A stretch of 64,000 nucleotides of DNA from Polyangiaceae bacterium (lineage in GTDB: Bacteria; Myxococcota_A; Polyangia; Polyangiales; Polyangiaceae). Shown piece by piece: positions 30,686 through 39,637 of the stretch (position 1 is the first letter of the stretch; every line of letters begins with the position of its first letter). The notes under the pieces are model-generated. The model ran no database searches, was not told the DNA's origin, and was given only the letters and a program-made list of their open reading frames with translations. Made by a program: the position numbers and the translations under genes. The stretch is taken from NCBI GenBank assembly GCA_044376115.1, contig JBILLK010000003.1, positions 1 through 64,000 on the forward strand, read 5' to 3'.

Positions 30686-32500
30686 ATGGCTCGCAGTCTG
30701 CGTCGGCGCTCCTTCTTTCATGGGTTTGTGATCGCTGCGGCGTCGAGCAAGTTGCTCGGCTGCGGGGACGATAGTGAGACGACGCCACCGCAAGGGCCGT
30801 CGACGTCCCCGGAGGATCAGGACCGTGTGTTTCCTCAGGGGCTCGCTTCGGGGGACCCGACGCCCTCGAGCGTGATTTTGTGGGTGCGCGTGGAGCCGGA
30901 GGCTGCGGCTGATCCAGTGAGCGTGCTGGTCGAGGTGGCCGAAGACGAGGCCTTCTCTACGCTCGTGCTCAATGAGTCCTACGACGTGACGGCGGACAGT
31001 GATCACACGCTGCGCGTGAAGCTGACAGAGCTCAAGGCCTTCACGCGCTACTATTATCGCTTTACCGCGCGTGACGTACAGTCGATCGTGGGCCGCACCA
31101 AGACAGCTCCGGCGGCGGATACGGATACCCCGGTACGCTTCGCCTTTGCTTCATGTCAGGACTTCGTCGGCCGTTACTACCATTCGTGGAAGGCGCTGGC
31201 GGCTGAGCCCGACGTCGACTTCGTGTTGTTTCTTGGTGACTACGTGTACGAGACCAACGGGGACCCAACCTTTCAAACGGTGGATGAAGCTCGCAAGATC
31301 GAGGTCAACGATGGCATCCAGCTGTTTGAGGACAACCCGGACATCAAGTCGGCAAGTACGCTGGCGGACTACCGCGGTCTCTACAAGCAATACCGGCGCG
31401 ACGAGGACCTGCGCACCATTCACGCGCGCTACCCGTTCGTCTGCATTTGGGATGATCACGAGTACGCCAATGATTGTTGGCAGGACCACTCCACAGACTT
31501 CAATGAACTAAACGGTGATGAGAAGAACCCCGAGCGCCGGCATGCAGCGTCGCAGGCTTGGTTCGAGTATCAGCCAGCCGACGTCAACTTCGACGCGAGC
31601 AAAGAGCCGCCGGCGGATCTAAGTATCTATCGTACGCTGCGCTACGGGCAGCACGTCGAACTCATTCTCACGGATCAGCGTTCGTATCGCTCGGACCACG
31701 TCATCCCGGAAGGGGCCTCCCCCATGGACCGCCCCGAGGGGGCTCCGGAGACTGTGCCGACTTACAGCGCGGCGGGAAAGACGCCGTTCTTTCCCAATAG
31801 TGAGATCTTCTCGCGCAGCTTCGTCATCAAGGAGGGCTTCGATGCGATCGAGGCCTTCGTCCAGCCGACCATGCTCGGGGATACGCAGCGCGCTTGGCTC
31901 GTCGATAGCATCAAGAACTCCGAGGCCACCTGGAAGGTCTGGGGCAATGAGACGCAGCTCGTTGAGATGATGCTCGATCTGCGGCCGTATGAGCTGCCGC
32001 CGGCGTTTCAAGCCGTCTACTACTTTACTGTCGATCAATGGGACGGCTACCGCACTGAGCGGAAGCAAATCCTCGATGCCCTGGCAGGGACGCCCAACGT
32101 CGTCGCCTTGACGGGGGATATTCACGGCTTCTTCGCCGCTGAGATTCACGCGGACCCCGCGGACGTCACCACCGAGCCGGTGCTGGTTGAATACGTGACC
32201 GCGGGCATCAGCTCCTCCCCGGTACAGGAGATCGCCGCCACGGTGGTCGAGGGTGATGAGGCGTTTGTCGCGCTTGCCGCGCTCGTACCCCAATTCGACA
32301 AGGTGCTCACCGAGACCAGTCCGGAGTACAAACACTCGAGCAGCAACGCCCACGGCGTGGCCATCGTCGACGTTACCGCGGAGGAGTTTGCCGTCGAGTT
32401 CCTCGAGATCGCCGACGTCAAAAGCAAAGACTGGGACGGCTCGGTCAAGCGAGTAAAATTCAAGACCACCGCCGGCTCGACGCGGGTGACCAGCGCCTAA
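30686..32500 (+). CDS. phoD: Alkaline phosphatase D family Tat lipoprotein
   Basis: SLRRRSFF Tat motif plus LLGC; FPQGLASGDP, FASCQ, GDYVYE, WDDHE, DQWDGY, GDIH. Confidence 0.93.
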   Translation: MARSLRRRSFFHGFVIAAASSKLLGCGDDSETTPPQGPSTSPEDQDRVFPQGLASGDPTPSSVILWVRVEPEAAADPVSVLVEVAEDEAFSTLVLNESYDVTADSDHTLRVKLTELKAFTRYYYRFTARDVQSIVGRTKTAPAADTDTPVRFAFASCQDFVGRYYHSWKALAAEPDVDFVLFLGDYVYETNGDPTFQTVDEARKIEVNDGIQLFEDNPDIKSASTLADYRGLYKQYRRDEDLRTIHARYPFVCIWDDHEYANDCWQDHSTDFNELNGDEKNPERRHAASQAWFEYQPADVNFDASKEPPADLSIYRTLRYGQHVELILTDQRSYRSDHVIPEGASPMDRPEGAPETVPTYSAAGKTPFFPNSEIFSRSFVIKEGFDAIEAFVQPTMLGDTQRAWLVDSIKNSEATWKVWGNETQLVEMMLDLRPYELPPAFQAVYYFTVDQWDGYRTERKQILDALAGTPNVVALTGDIHGFFAAEIHADPADVTTEPVLVEYVTAGISSSPVQEIAATVVEGDEAFVALAALVPQFDKVLTETSPEYKHSSSNAHGVAIVDVTAEEFAVEFLEIADVKSKDWDGSVKRVKFKTTAGSTRVTSA

Positions 32501-32513
32501 CGAGAGGCGGCGC

Positions 32514-33404
32514 TCATTTGTGTGAGGCGCCGTACGCCGCGAGCTCGCTCACCAAGTGGTCGAACACACGGCGCACCTTTGGCGCCTTGCGTTGGTCCTC
32601 GTGCATGACGACGAACACCTCGAGCGACAAGCTGAAGCGCGGTAACACTCGCTCGAGGTTTGGGTCCTTCGCGGCGAGGGGCAGCTGGCACACGCCGATG
32701 CCCAGTCCGGCGCGCACGGCAGCTAGTTGCACGAGGTCATTGTCGCTGCGAACGACGAATTGGCTGCGTGGCGCGTCGAAGCCGGTCGCCGCCAGGGCGC
32801 GCCACGTGGCCCGATCCTGATCCGGCCCAATCAGCGGCCAGCCGGCGAGCTCAGCAAGTTTGCGCGGGGCCCGGCCATGGGATTGCAAGAGCTCGCGAGT
32901 GGCGAATAGCCCCAAGCTGATCGGGCCGACGCTGCGTGCGACCAGCGCCGCTTGGGTGGGCGTAGTCATGCGCACGGCGATGTCGGCGTCGCGGCGCAAG
33001 AGGTCCACCAGCCGGTTGCTGGTGACGATCTCGAGATCGAGCCCAGCGCCGCCGGCTACGAGGGGCTGTAGCAGGTTGGGCAGGACCTCAACGCCGACCA
33101 CTTCACTGGCGGCGATGCGCACCGTACCCCGGCCAGCAAACTCGCTCGTGCTCGCGCCGCGCTCGAAGGCACGTGCAGCCGCTTCCATGCGCTCGGCGGT
33201 GGAGAGCAACGTGGTCGCGGCCTCGGTTGGCACAAGGCCGTTAGGCCCCCGGGTGAACAAGGCTCCGCCCAGCGTGCTCTCGAGCACCTCGACGCGCCGG
33301 CGGATCGTAGGCTGGGCCACCGAGAGCTCGCGCGAGGCGGCGGAAAGACTACCGGAGCGCATCACCGCCAAAAAGGTCTCAATCAGATCCCAACCAACGC
33401 TCAT
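32514..33404 (-). CDS. LysR family transcriptional regulator
   Basis: FLAV...GSLSAASREL.VAQPTIRRRV..LE..LG..LF.R; ADIAVR. Confidence 0.93.
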   Translation of the reverse strand: MSVGWDLIETFLAVMRSGSLSAASRELSVAQPTIRRRVEVLESTLGGALFTRGPNGLVPTEAATTLLSTAERMEAAARAFERGASTSEFAGRGTVRIAASEVVGVEVLPNLLQPLVAGGAGLDLEIVTSNRLVDLLRRDADIAVRMTTPTQAALVARSVGPISLGLFATRELLQSHGRAPRKLAELAGWPLIGPDQDRATWRALAATGFDAPRSQFVVRSDNDLVQLAAVRAGLGIGVCQLPLAAKDPNLERVLPRFSLSLEVFVVMHEDQRKAPKVRRVFDHLVSELAAYGASHK

Positions 33405-33418
33405 CAAAAAAGTATGAG
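33400..33418. promoter_or_regulatory. Candidate LysR operator CTCAT-N9-ATGAG over the lysR start
   Basis: 5-bp inverted repeat with AT-rich spacer in a divergent promoter. Confidence 0.4.
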
Positions 33419-33475
33419 CGGCTGAACACCTTTCGACAATGGTGATAAGCGGTTAGGGCGCTCATAGTAGCTCCC

Positions 33476-33898
33476 ATGAGCCAAACAATTGCTATCACTG
33501 CCGTCCCCGAAGTCTCAACCGCTGTATCGACCGCCTCAGCCGTGTCAGGATCCCACCGCCTCCATCTGCGGGTCGAGGGGGCGCTAATGCTGGCGTTTGG
33601 CGTGGTGATCTGGCGGCAGCTCGGCGGCAGTTGGGGCTGGTTCGCCGCGTGTTTCCTGGTGCCCGACATCACCCTGGCCGGCTACCTCGCTGGGCCCCGC
33701 GTAGGGGCCTGGCTGTACAATCTCGGTCACTCGCTGATCGGCCCGGCCATGCTCGCTGCATTAGGCGCTAGCGCGAACCAGCCCAGCCTGCTGCTCGCCG
33801 CCGCCTTGTGGCTCGCGCACATCGGCTTTGATCGCATGGCTGGGTATGGCCTCAAAGCTGTATCGGGCTTCCGCGATACCCACTTGGGCAGGCTGTGA
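33476..33898 (+). CDS. DUF4260 family membrane protein
   Basis: LRVEG...W.WF...FLVPD...GYLAGPRVGA..YN..H...W.AHIGFDR..GYGLK...F.DTHLG. Confidence 0.85.
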   Translation: MSQTIAITAVPEVSTAVSTASAVSGSHRLHLRVEGALMLAFGVVIWRQLGGSWGWFAACFLVPDITLAGYLAGPRVGAWLYNLGHSLIGPAMLAALGASANQPSLLLAAALWLAHIGFDRMAGYGLKAVSGFRDTHLGRL

Positions 33899-33931
33899 GC
33901 GAGCGATGACTGCTGCGGCTTCGCTTACCGC

Positions 33932-35551
33932 TCAATCGCTGGGGCCGCAGCCGATTACGGCAACGCCGAACTCGTTCTTCGACTCGACCATTTCGCAGTC
34001 GGGGGCTTGGCAGTAGTGCTCGCAGACCTCGCCCTCTTCGGCTTTGCAACCGTATTGGCCGCTTGGGATCGAGAATAGGCAGCCTTCGCCTAGGCACTCG
34101 ACGCTGAGGTCGTCGTCGAGATCGCGCTTGCCCTCGGCGCAGGCGCGCACGCAGACGTTGCTGGCGTCTTTGACGCGGCCCTCAGGGCAACCACCGTCCT
34201 CAGGGCAAGCTCCGTTCTGCTCCAGTGCGCCGCTGGGGCAGACTTTGACGCATTTGCCGTCGAAGCCGGCGGCCTGGCCTTTGGGGCAGTCATCCACCAC
34301 CACATCGTCTTTACGACGTGCAGAGACGGTGGCCGCGACCTGTAGATTCGCCTCGGCGGTCTCGAAGGAGATCCAGCCGTAGCCGCTGTCTCCCCAGGCG
34401 CTGCCCCACGAGTTGCGGATCTCGAAGTACTTGCGGCCTTCGATCGTCTTGTAGCCAATCAACACTACCGCATGGCCGAAGTTGCGACCGCGCGGGTAGT
34501 CCTCAATCACGCCACCGGGCAGTAGATTGTCCGTGTACCAATTGTCGCTCATACGGAAGCCGACCGAGAGATCCTCGCCGTCGGCGATCGCCGCTTGAAG
34601 TTGCTTGGCGGTTGGGCGCCCACCTCCCTCCGCGACGATCTCACGTACGGTGGCCACCTCGAAGGCGACCTTGGCATCGAGCGCGCTGACCTTGTCTGCC
34701 GGGGGCTGGGACTCGCCTTGGAGCCAGCCATCGGCGATGGCCGCGTCATAGGCGAGCCCTTCAGCTTTGGCTGCGTCAGCGAGCGCGGCGCCGAGCGAGA
34801 GCTTGGCGATCGCGTCGTTGTAACTGGTGGTGTGGTACCGCGAGAGAAAGTGCATCTCGGAGAGTACGATCTTGCTCGACGTTGCACCGGCGACAGCGCC
34901 TTCGAGCAGCGCGGTGCTGGCGAACGATATGCAACTAGGTGCGGCGCCTTGGTTCTTGATCGAGCCGAAGCGCGCGCGATGGCTCACCTCTTCGGGCAGC
35001 TCTTTCTCGGGTGCATCGAGTGGAGCAGCACCTTTGGGCAATACCCCCTTACCACCGAACTCCGAGTTGGCAGCGTCATCATCGTCGGTGGCCTCTTCGC
35101 ACTCGACGGCGACCCATTCACCCTTGTTGTCGAACCAGTCACAGATGAGTACGCCGTCGGCTGCGAGCGGCGGGCGGCGCGCAGGCGGTGAGCCGTCCGC
35201 ATTGCATTTGCCGGGGTAGACGCCGACGCCTTTGGGCACCCCGTCGCAGATCCACTCGCAGGCGGTGTAGCTCTTCTTGTCGGTACCACAGTAAAACTCA
35301 GCAGCGTCTGTAGTGTCCTTGGCGCACTCGCTGAGGCATTCATCCTTGCTCTCGGACGGCGGTAGCGCGCCGCCTTTGGGGCTTGCAGCAGGTGACGCAG
35401 GGGCGGCCGAGGCTGCCGAGGCTGTGGCCGAAGCAGGCACCGCTTGGGCCGAAGCCGAAGCGCTGGACGTAGCCTCTCCGCTGCTGCAGGCGCAGAGCAG
35501 GAGCGAGGGGAGCAGGGTGAAGAACGGTGAGTGCGAAGGTCGACGAATCAC
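33932..35551 (-). CDS. Papain-like (C1A) cysteine protease lipoprotein with Cys-rich flanking modules
   Basis: Likely GTG at 35551; lipobox LCAC; KNQG..PSCISFA, GHAVVLIGY, IRNSWG..WG.SGY. Confidence 0.88.
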   Translation of the reverse strand: MIRRPSHSPFFTLLPSLLLCACSSGEATSSASASAQAVPASATASAASAAPASPAASPKGGALPPSESKDECLSECAKDTTDAAEFYCGTDKKSYTACEWICDGVPKGVGVYPGKCNADGSPPARRPPLAADGVLICDWFDNKGEWVAVECEEATDDDDAANSEFGGKGVLPKGAAPLDAPEKELPEEVSHRARFGSIKNQGAAPSCISFASTALLEGAVAGATSSKIVLSEMHFLSRYHTTSYNDAIAKLSLGAALADAAKAEGLAYDAAIADGWLQGESQPPADKVSALDAKVAFEVATVREIVAEGGGRPTAKQLQAAIADGEDLSVGFRMSDNWYTDNLLPGGVIEDYPRGRNFGHAVVLIGYKTIEGRKYFEIRNSWGSAWGDSGYGWISFETAEANLQVAATVSARRKDDVVVDDCPKGQAAGFDGKCVKVCPSGALEQNGACPEDGGCPEGRVKDASNVCVRACAEGKRDLDDDLSVECLGEGCLFSIPSGQYGCKAEEGEVCEHYCQAPDCEMVESKNEFGVAVIGCGPSD

Positions 35552-35565
35552 CCGCGCAGGGTACG

Positions 35566-35597
35566 GCACGAGTGCCCGCCAATGCGAGCACTCGCGC
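35566..35597 (-). terminator. 14-bp hairpin just downstream of the HNH gene (terminator or RNA 3' element)
   Basis: Minus strand GCGCGAGUGCUCGC-AUUG-GCGGGCACUCGUGC with two G-U pairs; no U-tract. Confidence 0.5.
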
Positions 35598-35606
35598 ACG
35601 AGTCAT

Positions 35607-36119
35607 TCACCAGTACCCCTCCCACTCGGCAGGGACGTTGACGCTCTCTTCACGCAAGAGCGCCATGCGTGACTTGGCCAGCCGCGTAGGCCGTACCGGC
35701 TTGCGCAGAAGGCGCATCGAGGCCTGCTCCGGCGTGCGGCCGGCCTTCTTCTGGTTGCAGGGGTAGCAGGAGGTTACGATGTTGTCCCACGCCGAGCGGC
35801 CACCTTGGGATTTAGGCAATACGTGGTCGAGGTTGAGCATCGCCTTGTCCCGCGTGATACCGCAGTACTGACAGGTGAAGTCGTCGCGTAGGAAGATATT
35901 GCTGCGCGAGAAGGCCGGGCCCTTCGAACGAAAGTGCGGCGCGCGACGTTGCCGCACGACGGCGGGGATACGCAAGGAGGTCGAGGGGGAGTGGATGATG
36001 ACCTCGTACTCCTGCATGACCTCTACCTTGCCGAGGAAGCTGAGCACGATGGCCTTCTGCCACGAGATCACTCGCGCAGGCGACATCCACGGGGTGAGCA
36101 AGAGGGTGTTGAGTGACAT
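35607..36119 (-). CDS. Small HNH endonuclease (McrA-like, 170 aa)
   Basis: GGAG RBS, ATG at 36119; FSRSNIFLRDDFTCQYCG...DHVLPKSQGG...WDNIVTSCYPCNQKK..RTPEQA. Confidence 0.92.
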   Translation of the reverse strand: MSLNTLLLTPWMSPARVISWQKAIVLSFLGKVEVMQEYEVIIHSPSTSLRIPAVVRQRRAPHFRSKGPAFSRSNIFLRDDFTCQYCGITRDKAMLNLDHVLPKSQGGRSAWDNIVTSCYPCNQKKAGRTPEQASMRLLRKPVRPTRLAKSRMALLREESVNVPAEWEGYW

Positions 36120-36138
36120 GGTACTGCTCCGAGTTTGG

Positions 36139-36286
36139 TACGACCCTCCCGTTGCTATCTCGGGGCTTTCGGGATCAGCGCGAGGAGGCCTTGCTCCAAG
36201 TCTGATGCAAAAGGCGCGATCGGTCAGGTCATGTCGCCGAGGGACGAGCTGAGGCGCGTTGACTGACGCGCCCCAGCTCGGTCGTA
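36139..36286 (-). ncRNA. Candidate structured RNA/leader upstream of the HNH gene
   Basis: Hand-folded multibranch structure: 15-bp hairpin 36245-36280, closing stems UACGA/UCGUA and CCCUC/GAGGG, internal AUCAG/CUGAU. Confidence 0.4.
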
Positions 36287-36289
36287 TGC

Positions 36290-37504
36290 TCAGACTCGTT
36301 CGCCGCTCGGTAGGACGCGATTCGGCACGAGCAGGTACATGGCCGCCACCCCGAGTCCGATGATGAAGGTGATAGCCCACAGGGTGTTAAGGCTGGTGTG
36401 CTCGATCAAGGTGGGCCCCACGGCCGGAGAAACCACCATCGCCAGGCTCCATGTCATGCCGAAGGCGCCCTGGTAACGTCCGCGCAAGTTTTGGGGCGAG
36501 GCGTCTGCGACCACGCTAGCGTTGATCGGCGCAAACACGATCTCCCCGAGCGTCCACACAGCGACCGTTGCGCTTACAGCAACCAGGTTGTGGGCAAAGG
36601 CGGTAAGTCCAAAGCCCAAGCCGGTGAGTACGGAAGCGAGAGCCAGCAGGTAGTGCCGCTTACGGCCGCGGGCCAGCCGGGTGACCAGCGGTTGTAACAG
36701 CACAATCAAGAGACCGTTGGTGGCTAACGCGATACCGAAGTCCTGCGTCGAGAGGCCGTGCGCCCTCATCTGTTCGGGTAGCCCCGTAAGGTGTTGGAAG
36801 AACACCAGCACCAAGATGAAGTTGAGCAGCAGGAAGAGTCGATACTTGCGATCCAAGAAGGGCGTGAGGAAGTGACCCGTCCGCTCCTGCGCCAGGGGCT
36901 TGGCTCGACTCTCCGGTACCCAGCGGAGGATGATGCCTGCGAGGAGCACGGTGGTCAGCGCGTCCAGGAAGAATAATAGCGTAAAGTTCTTACTGGCCAT
37001 ATATCCGCCCACCACTGCCGCCAGAGCGAATCCCAAGTTGACCGACCAATATTGAAGACTAAACGCCTTCACGCGGTGCTCGGTCGGGACGATGTCGGCG
37101 ACCAGCGCATGGCTCGCCGGTCGAAAGGCGTCACTGGTGACACTCAGCGCGAAGGTGGCAAGAGCGATCAGCGGGAGGCTTTGAACCAGCCCGAGGGTGA
37201 CCATGAAGAAGGCTCCCGAAAGCAGTGAGGCGACCATGGTGATGCGCCTGCCGAAGCGGTCGGCTGCTGCACCACCAAGCAAGGTGCCGATCACCGAGCC
37301 GACGCCGTAAAGCGAAACGATGAGGCCCGCCAGTGGCAGCGGCAGACCGCGCGTCTGCGTCAGATACACAAACAAAAGCGGCACCACGAAGGTGCCGGCA
37401 CGGGTGATGAAGGTACCCACTAAAAGCGCCCAGAAAGCTCTGGGCAGACCGGATCTCAGCTCACCTGCCACGCGTGACAAGGAGCTCAAGGTTGAAGCCG
37501 TCAT
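36290..37504 (-). CDS. MFS transporter
   Basis: About 12 TM helices; motif A GAAADRFGRR; LRGRYQG. Confidence 0.92.
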   Translation of the reverse strand: MTASTLSSLSRVAGELRSGLPRAFWALLVGTFITRAGTFVVPLLFVYLTQTRGLPLPLAGLIVSLYGVGSVIGTLLGGAAADRFGRRITMVASLLSGAFFMVTLGLVQSLPLIALATFALSVTSDAFRPASHALVADIVPTEHRVKAFSLQYWSVNLGFALAAVVGGYMASKNFTLLFFLDALTTVLLAGIILRWVPESRAKPLAQERTGHFLTPFLDRKYRLFLLLNFILVLVFFQHLTGLPEQMRAHGLSTQDFGIALATNGLLIVLLQPLVTRLARGRKRHYLLALASVLTGLGFGLTAFAHNLVAVSATVAVWTLGEIVFAPINASVVADASPQNLRGRYQGAFGMTWSLAMVVSPAVGPTLIEHTSLNTLWAITFIIGLGVAAMYLLVPNRVLPSGERV

Positions 37505-37561
37505 GCAAGAGCTGACGCACTGCAGCGGAGAAGCTGACGCCGTTCGAGGTGTTGGGCCGAC

Positions 37562-38326
37562 TCAGGGTTCCACGCGCAAGCAGTAGTCGAAGTTCTCGGC
37601 GCCGCCTTTGCCGTAGACCCGAGCCCAATATTTGCCGGCTGGCAATCCCGAGGCTGTGGCCTCCTCGTTGCTGTCCGCGGAGTACGACCCCGTTACGTAA
37701 TCATTGGTGAGGCTCGAGTAGATCTCCAGATCCAGATCACCGTCTACCTGGGCGAAGGTCAACGTGGCGGTAAAGCCATTGACGATGTTGAAGGCAAACC
37801 AGTCGAAGTCTCCGCTGCAAACGCTCAGGTTGCAGTAGTCGACATTGAAGCTTATCGGCGTGGCGCTACCGGATCCGTTGTTGCCCTCGAAGTTGTCGGC
37901 GCTGCAGCTGCAGGTGCCGCAGTCATCCGGGCAAACGTCGCAATCTTCATTCGCGTCGCAATTGCCGTCTCCGCAGTTCGCGCAAACGCCGCAGTCTTCC
38001 TCGCAGCTCGCGCAATCTTCCGACTGCTCGCAGCTTCCGTCCCCGCAAACGCCAGCGCAGCTGCAGTCGGCCGGGCAGGTGATGCAGTCTTCAATCCCGT
38101 TGCACGAGCCGTCACCGCAGGCTGGCCCGCCACCATTGCTGGGTACTCCACCGAAGCCGCCGCTGCCGACGTCCCCGCCGAAGCCGCCGATCGGCGTTTC
38201 TCCGCCGCTGCTCTCAAAGCCGCCGTAGCCGGAACCACCGCCGCCGACGATCACGCCGTCGGTCTCGAGCGGATCGCTGCTCACACACGCCACCAAGAGC
38301 GCAGAAGCTAAGAGCCATCGGCACAT
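37562..38326 (-). CDS. Cys-rich repeat lipoprotein with C-terminal PPC-like domain
   Basis: ATG at 38326; lipobox LVAC; three CGDGxC...EDCxxCxxDC repeats; DxFExN, DWF, DLDL, GKYW.RVYG. Confidence 0.8.
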   Translation of the reverse strand: MCRWLLASALLVACVSSDPLETDGVIVGGGGSGYGGFESSGGETPIGGFGGDVGSGGFGGVPSNGGGPACGDGSCNGIEDCITCPADCSCAGVCGDGSCEQSEDCASCEEDCGVCANCGDGNCDANEDCDVCPDDCGTCSCSADNFEGNNGSGSATPISFNVDYCNLSVCSGDFDWFAFNIVNGFTATLTFAQVDGDLDLEIYSSLTNDYVTGSYSADSNEEATASGLPAGKYWARVYGKGGAENFDYCLRVEP

Positions 38327-38373
38327 GCGCTGCAGTCTACCAGCATTGCCGCGGCCCGACGATGGCAGGCTTG

Positions 38374-39540
38374 TCACAACACCGCGATCGAGGCCTCGAG
38401 CAGCGTCGCAAGCTCGCGCGAGGGCATCGGCCAATTGGCTGCTGGGCGCACGAGCAGCGTTGTTCGAGGGGTCGGCTCGCGCAGGTCCAGCTGCAACAGC
38501 CCCAACCAAAGCGAGCCCGCCGAGTTCGCCAAGTGCGCTGCACCGGCCGAAGCTCGTCGTGCGGCGGCCTCGAGCAGCCGCGTGGCCGGCTCGTCGGTTT
38601 CGTCCGAGGCGGCCGGCAGAATCACGTTGGCTAGTAGGAAAGCCGCTGGTGCATCGGCAGCGCGCTCGGCCTCTTTGGAGCGCGCTTCGAGCTGCTTTTT
38701 GAAGGCTGGTAACGCCTGCGAGACGAGGCTGGCTGGACCCTCCGCTGCACGTTCGGCGATCACCACGTCAAATTGTAGAGCGCCCACTTGCAAGGGCAGC
38801 GCACCCGTTGGCCGACTCGTGAGCGTTTCGAGCGAGCTCAGAAAGGCCGTGACTCCGTCGTTCGCGCCCGACGTCGCAGCGGCGGCCCGACCTCGGTACC
38901 AGGTGACGCTCTCGAGCTCTTGGCCAAGCCGCTGACCGAGCGCGCTCACGCCCTCGGCGATGCGCAGCCGCAGCTTGCTGAAGCCGCTGCCGATCGCCGG
39001 TTTGAGCTCGACGCCGACGTTCACTTTCTTCTGGCCCAAACAGGCTTGAAAGGCCGACGGAGATCGCGGCCCGGCCAGGCCGCCCAGCGACTGCAACAGG
39101 CCCTTGTTGTTGAGATGATCGAGCGCCAAGAGCTCGGCCGCTGCCGAATCCCAAAGAGCTTCGGCGAGCAGCGGTTCTTCGTTCGAAGTCAGGTCGACGA
39201 CGCGCGGAGCCAACTCGGCTGGCTTGAAGCGCTTGCTGAGACGGCCCAGCGGAGCCTCCAAATAGCGCAGCGGGTTGATCGGAGCGGCTGGCTCCGGCTC
39301 GGCTGCTAGCGGCTCGGGAGCTACCGAGGCGACCACCGGCTCGGGTTCTGCGATGGGCTCCGCGGGCGGTTCAGGTTCCTCTGCGATCGGCTCCGGCGCT
39401 GGGCTGAGCAAGGCTGCCCGTTCGAAGGCCTCGGCCTCGAGCCAATTGAGCTTGTCGCTTGAGCCAGGGCGGTCGAGGGACAGGTAGTAAGCCCGTAGTC
39501 GAATCCGTTCCAGCAGCTCCCCGCCAAGCTCCGTCGTCAT
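38374..39540 (-). CDS. Hypothetical protein with N-terminal DUF2934-like motif
   Basis: ERIRLRAYYL......D..NWLEAE followed by a Pro/Glu linker; ATG at 39540. Confidence 0.7.
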   Translation of the reverse strand: MTTELGGELLERIRLRAYYLSLDRPGSSDKLNWLEAEAFERAALLSPAPEPIAEEPEPPAEPIAEPEPVVASVAPEPLAAEPEPAAPINPLRYLEAPLGRLSKRFKPAELAPRVVDLTSNEEPLLAEALWDSAAAELLALDHLNNKGLLQSLGGLAGPRSPSAFQACLGQKKVNVGVELKPAIGSGFSKLRLRIAEGVSALGQRLGQELESVTWYRGRAAAATSGANDGVTAFLSSLETLTSRPTGALPLQVGALQFDVVIAERAAEGPASLVSQALPAFKKQLEARSKEAERAADAPAAFLLANVILPAASDETDEPATRLLEAAARRASAGAAHLANSAGSLWLGLLQLDLREPTPRTTLLVRPAANWPMPSRELATLLEASIAVL

Positions 39541-39637
39541 GGGTGCGAGCCTAGCCGTACGCGGAACCAAGTCTTCAAACAATGTGAAGTCATGCTGAGG
39601 TCGCGAGTGTGGAGCTCTGTTGATAGCCTGCTCCGCG

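Noticed and set aside
36120..36380. 87-aa N-terminal extension of the HNH ORF (IscB-like or fusion protein)
   Set aside because: It overlaps the MFS gene, has no RuvC or PLMP motifs, and a good RBS precedes ATG 36119.
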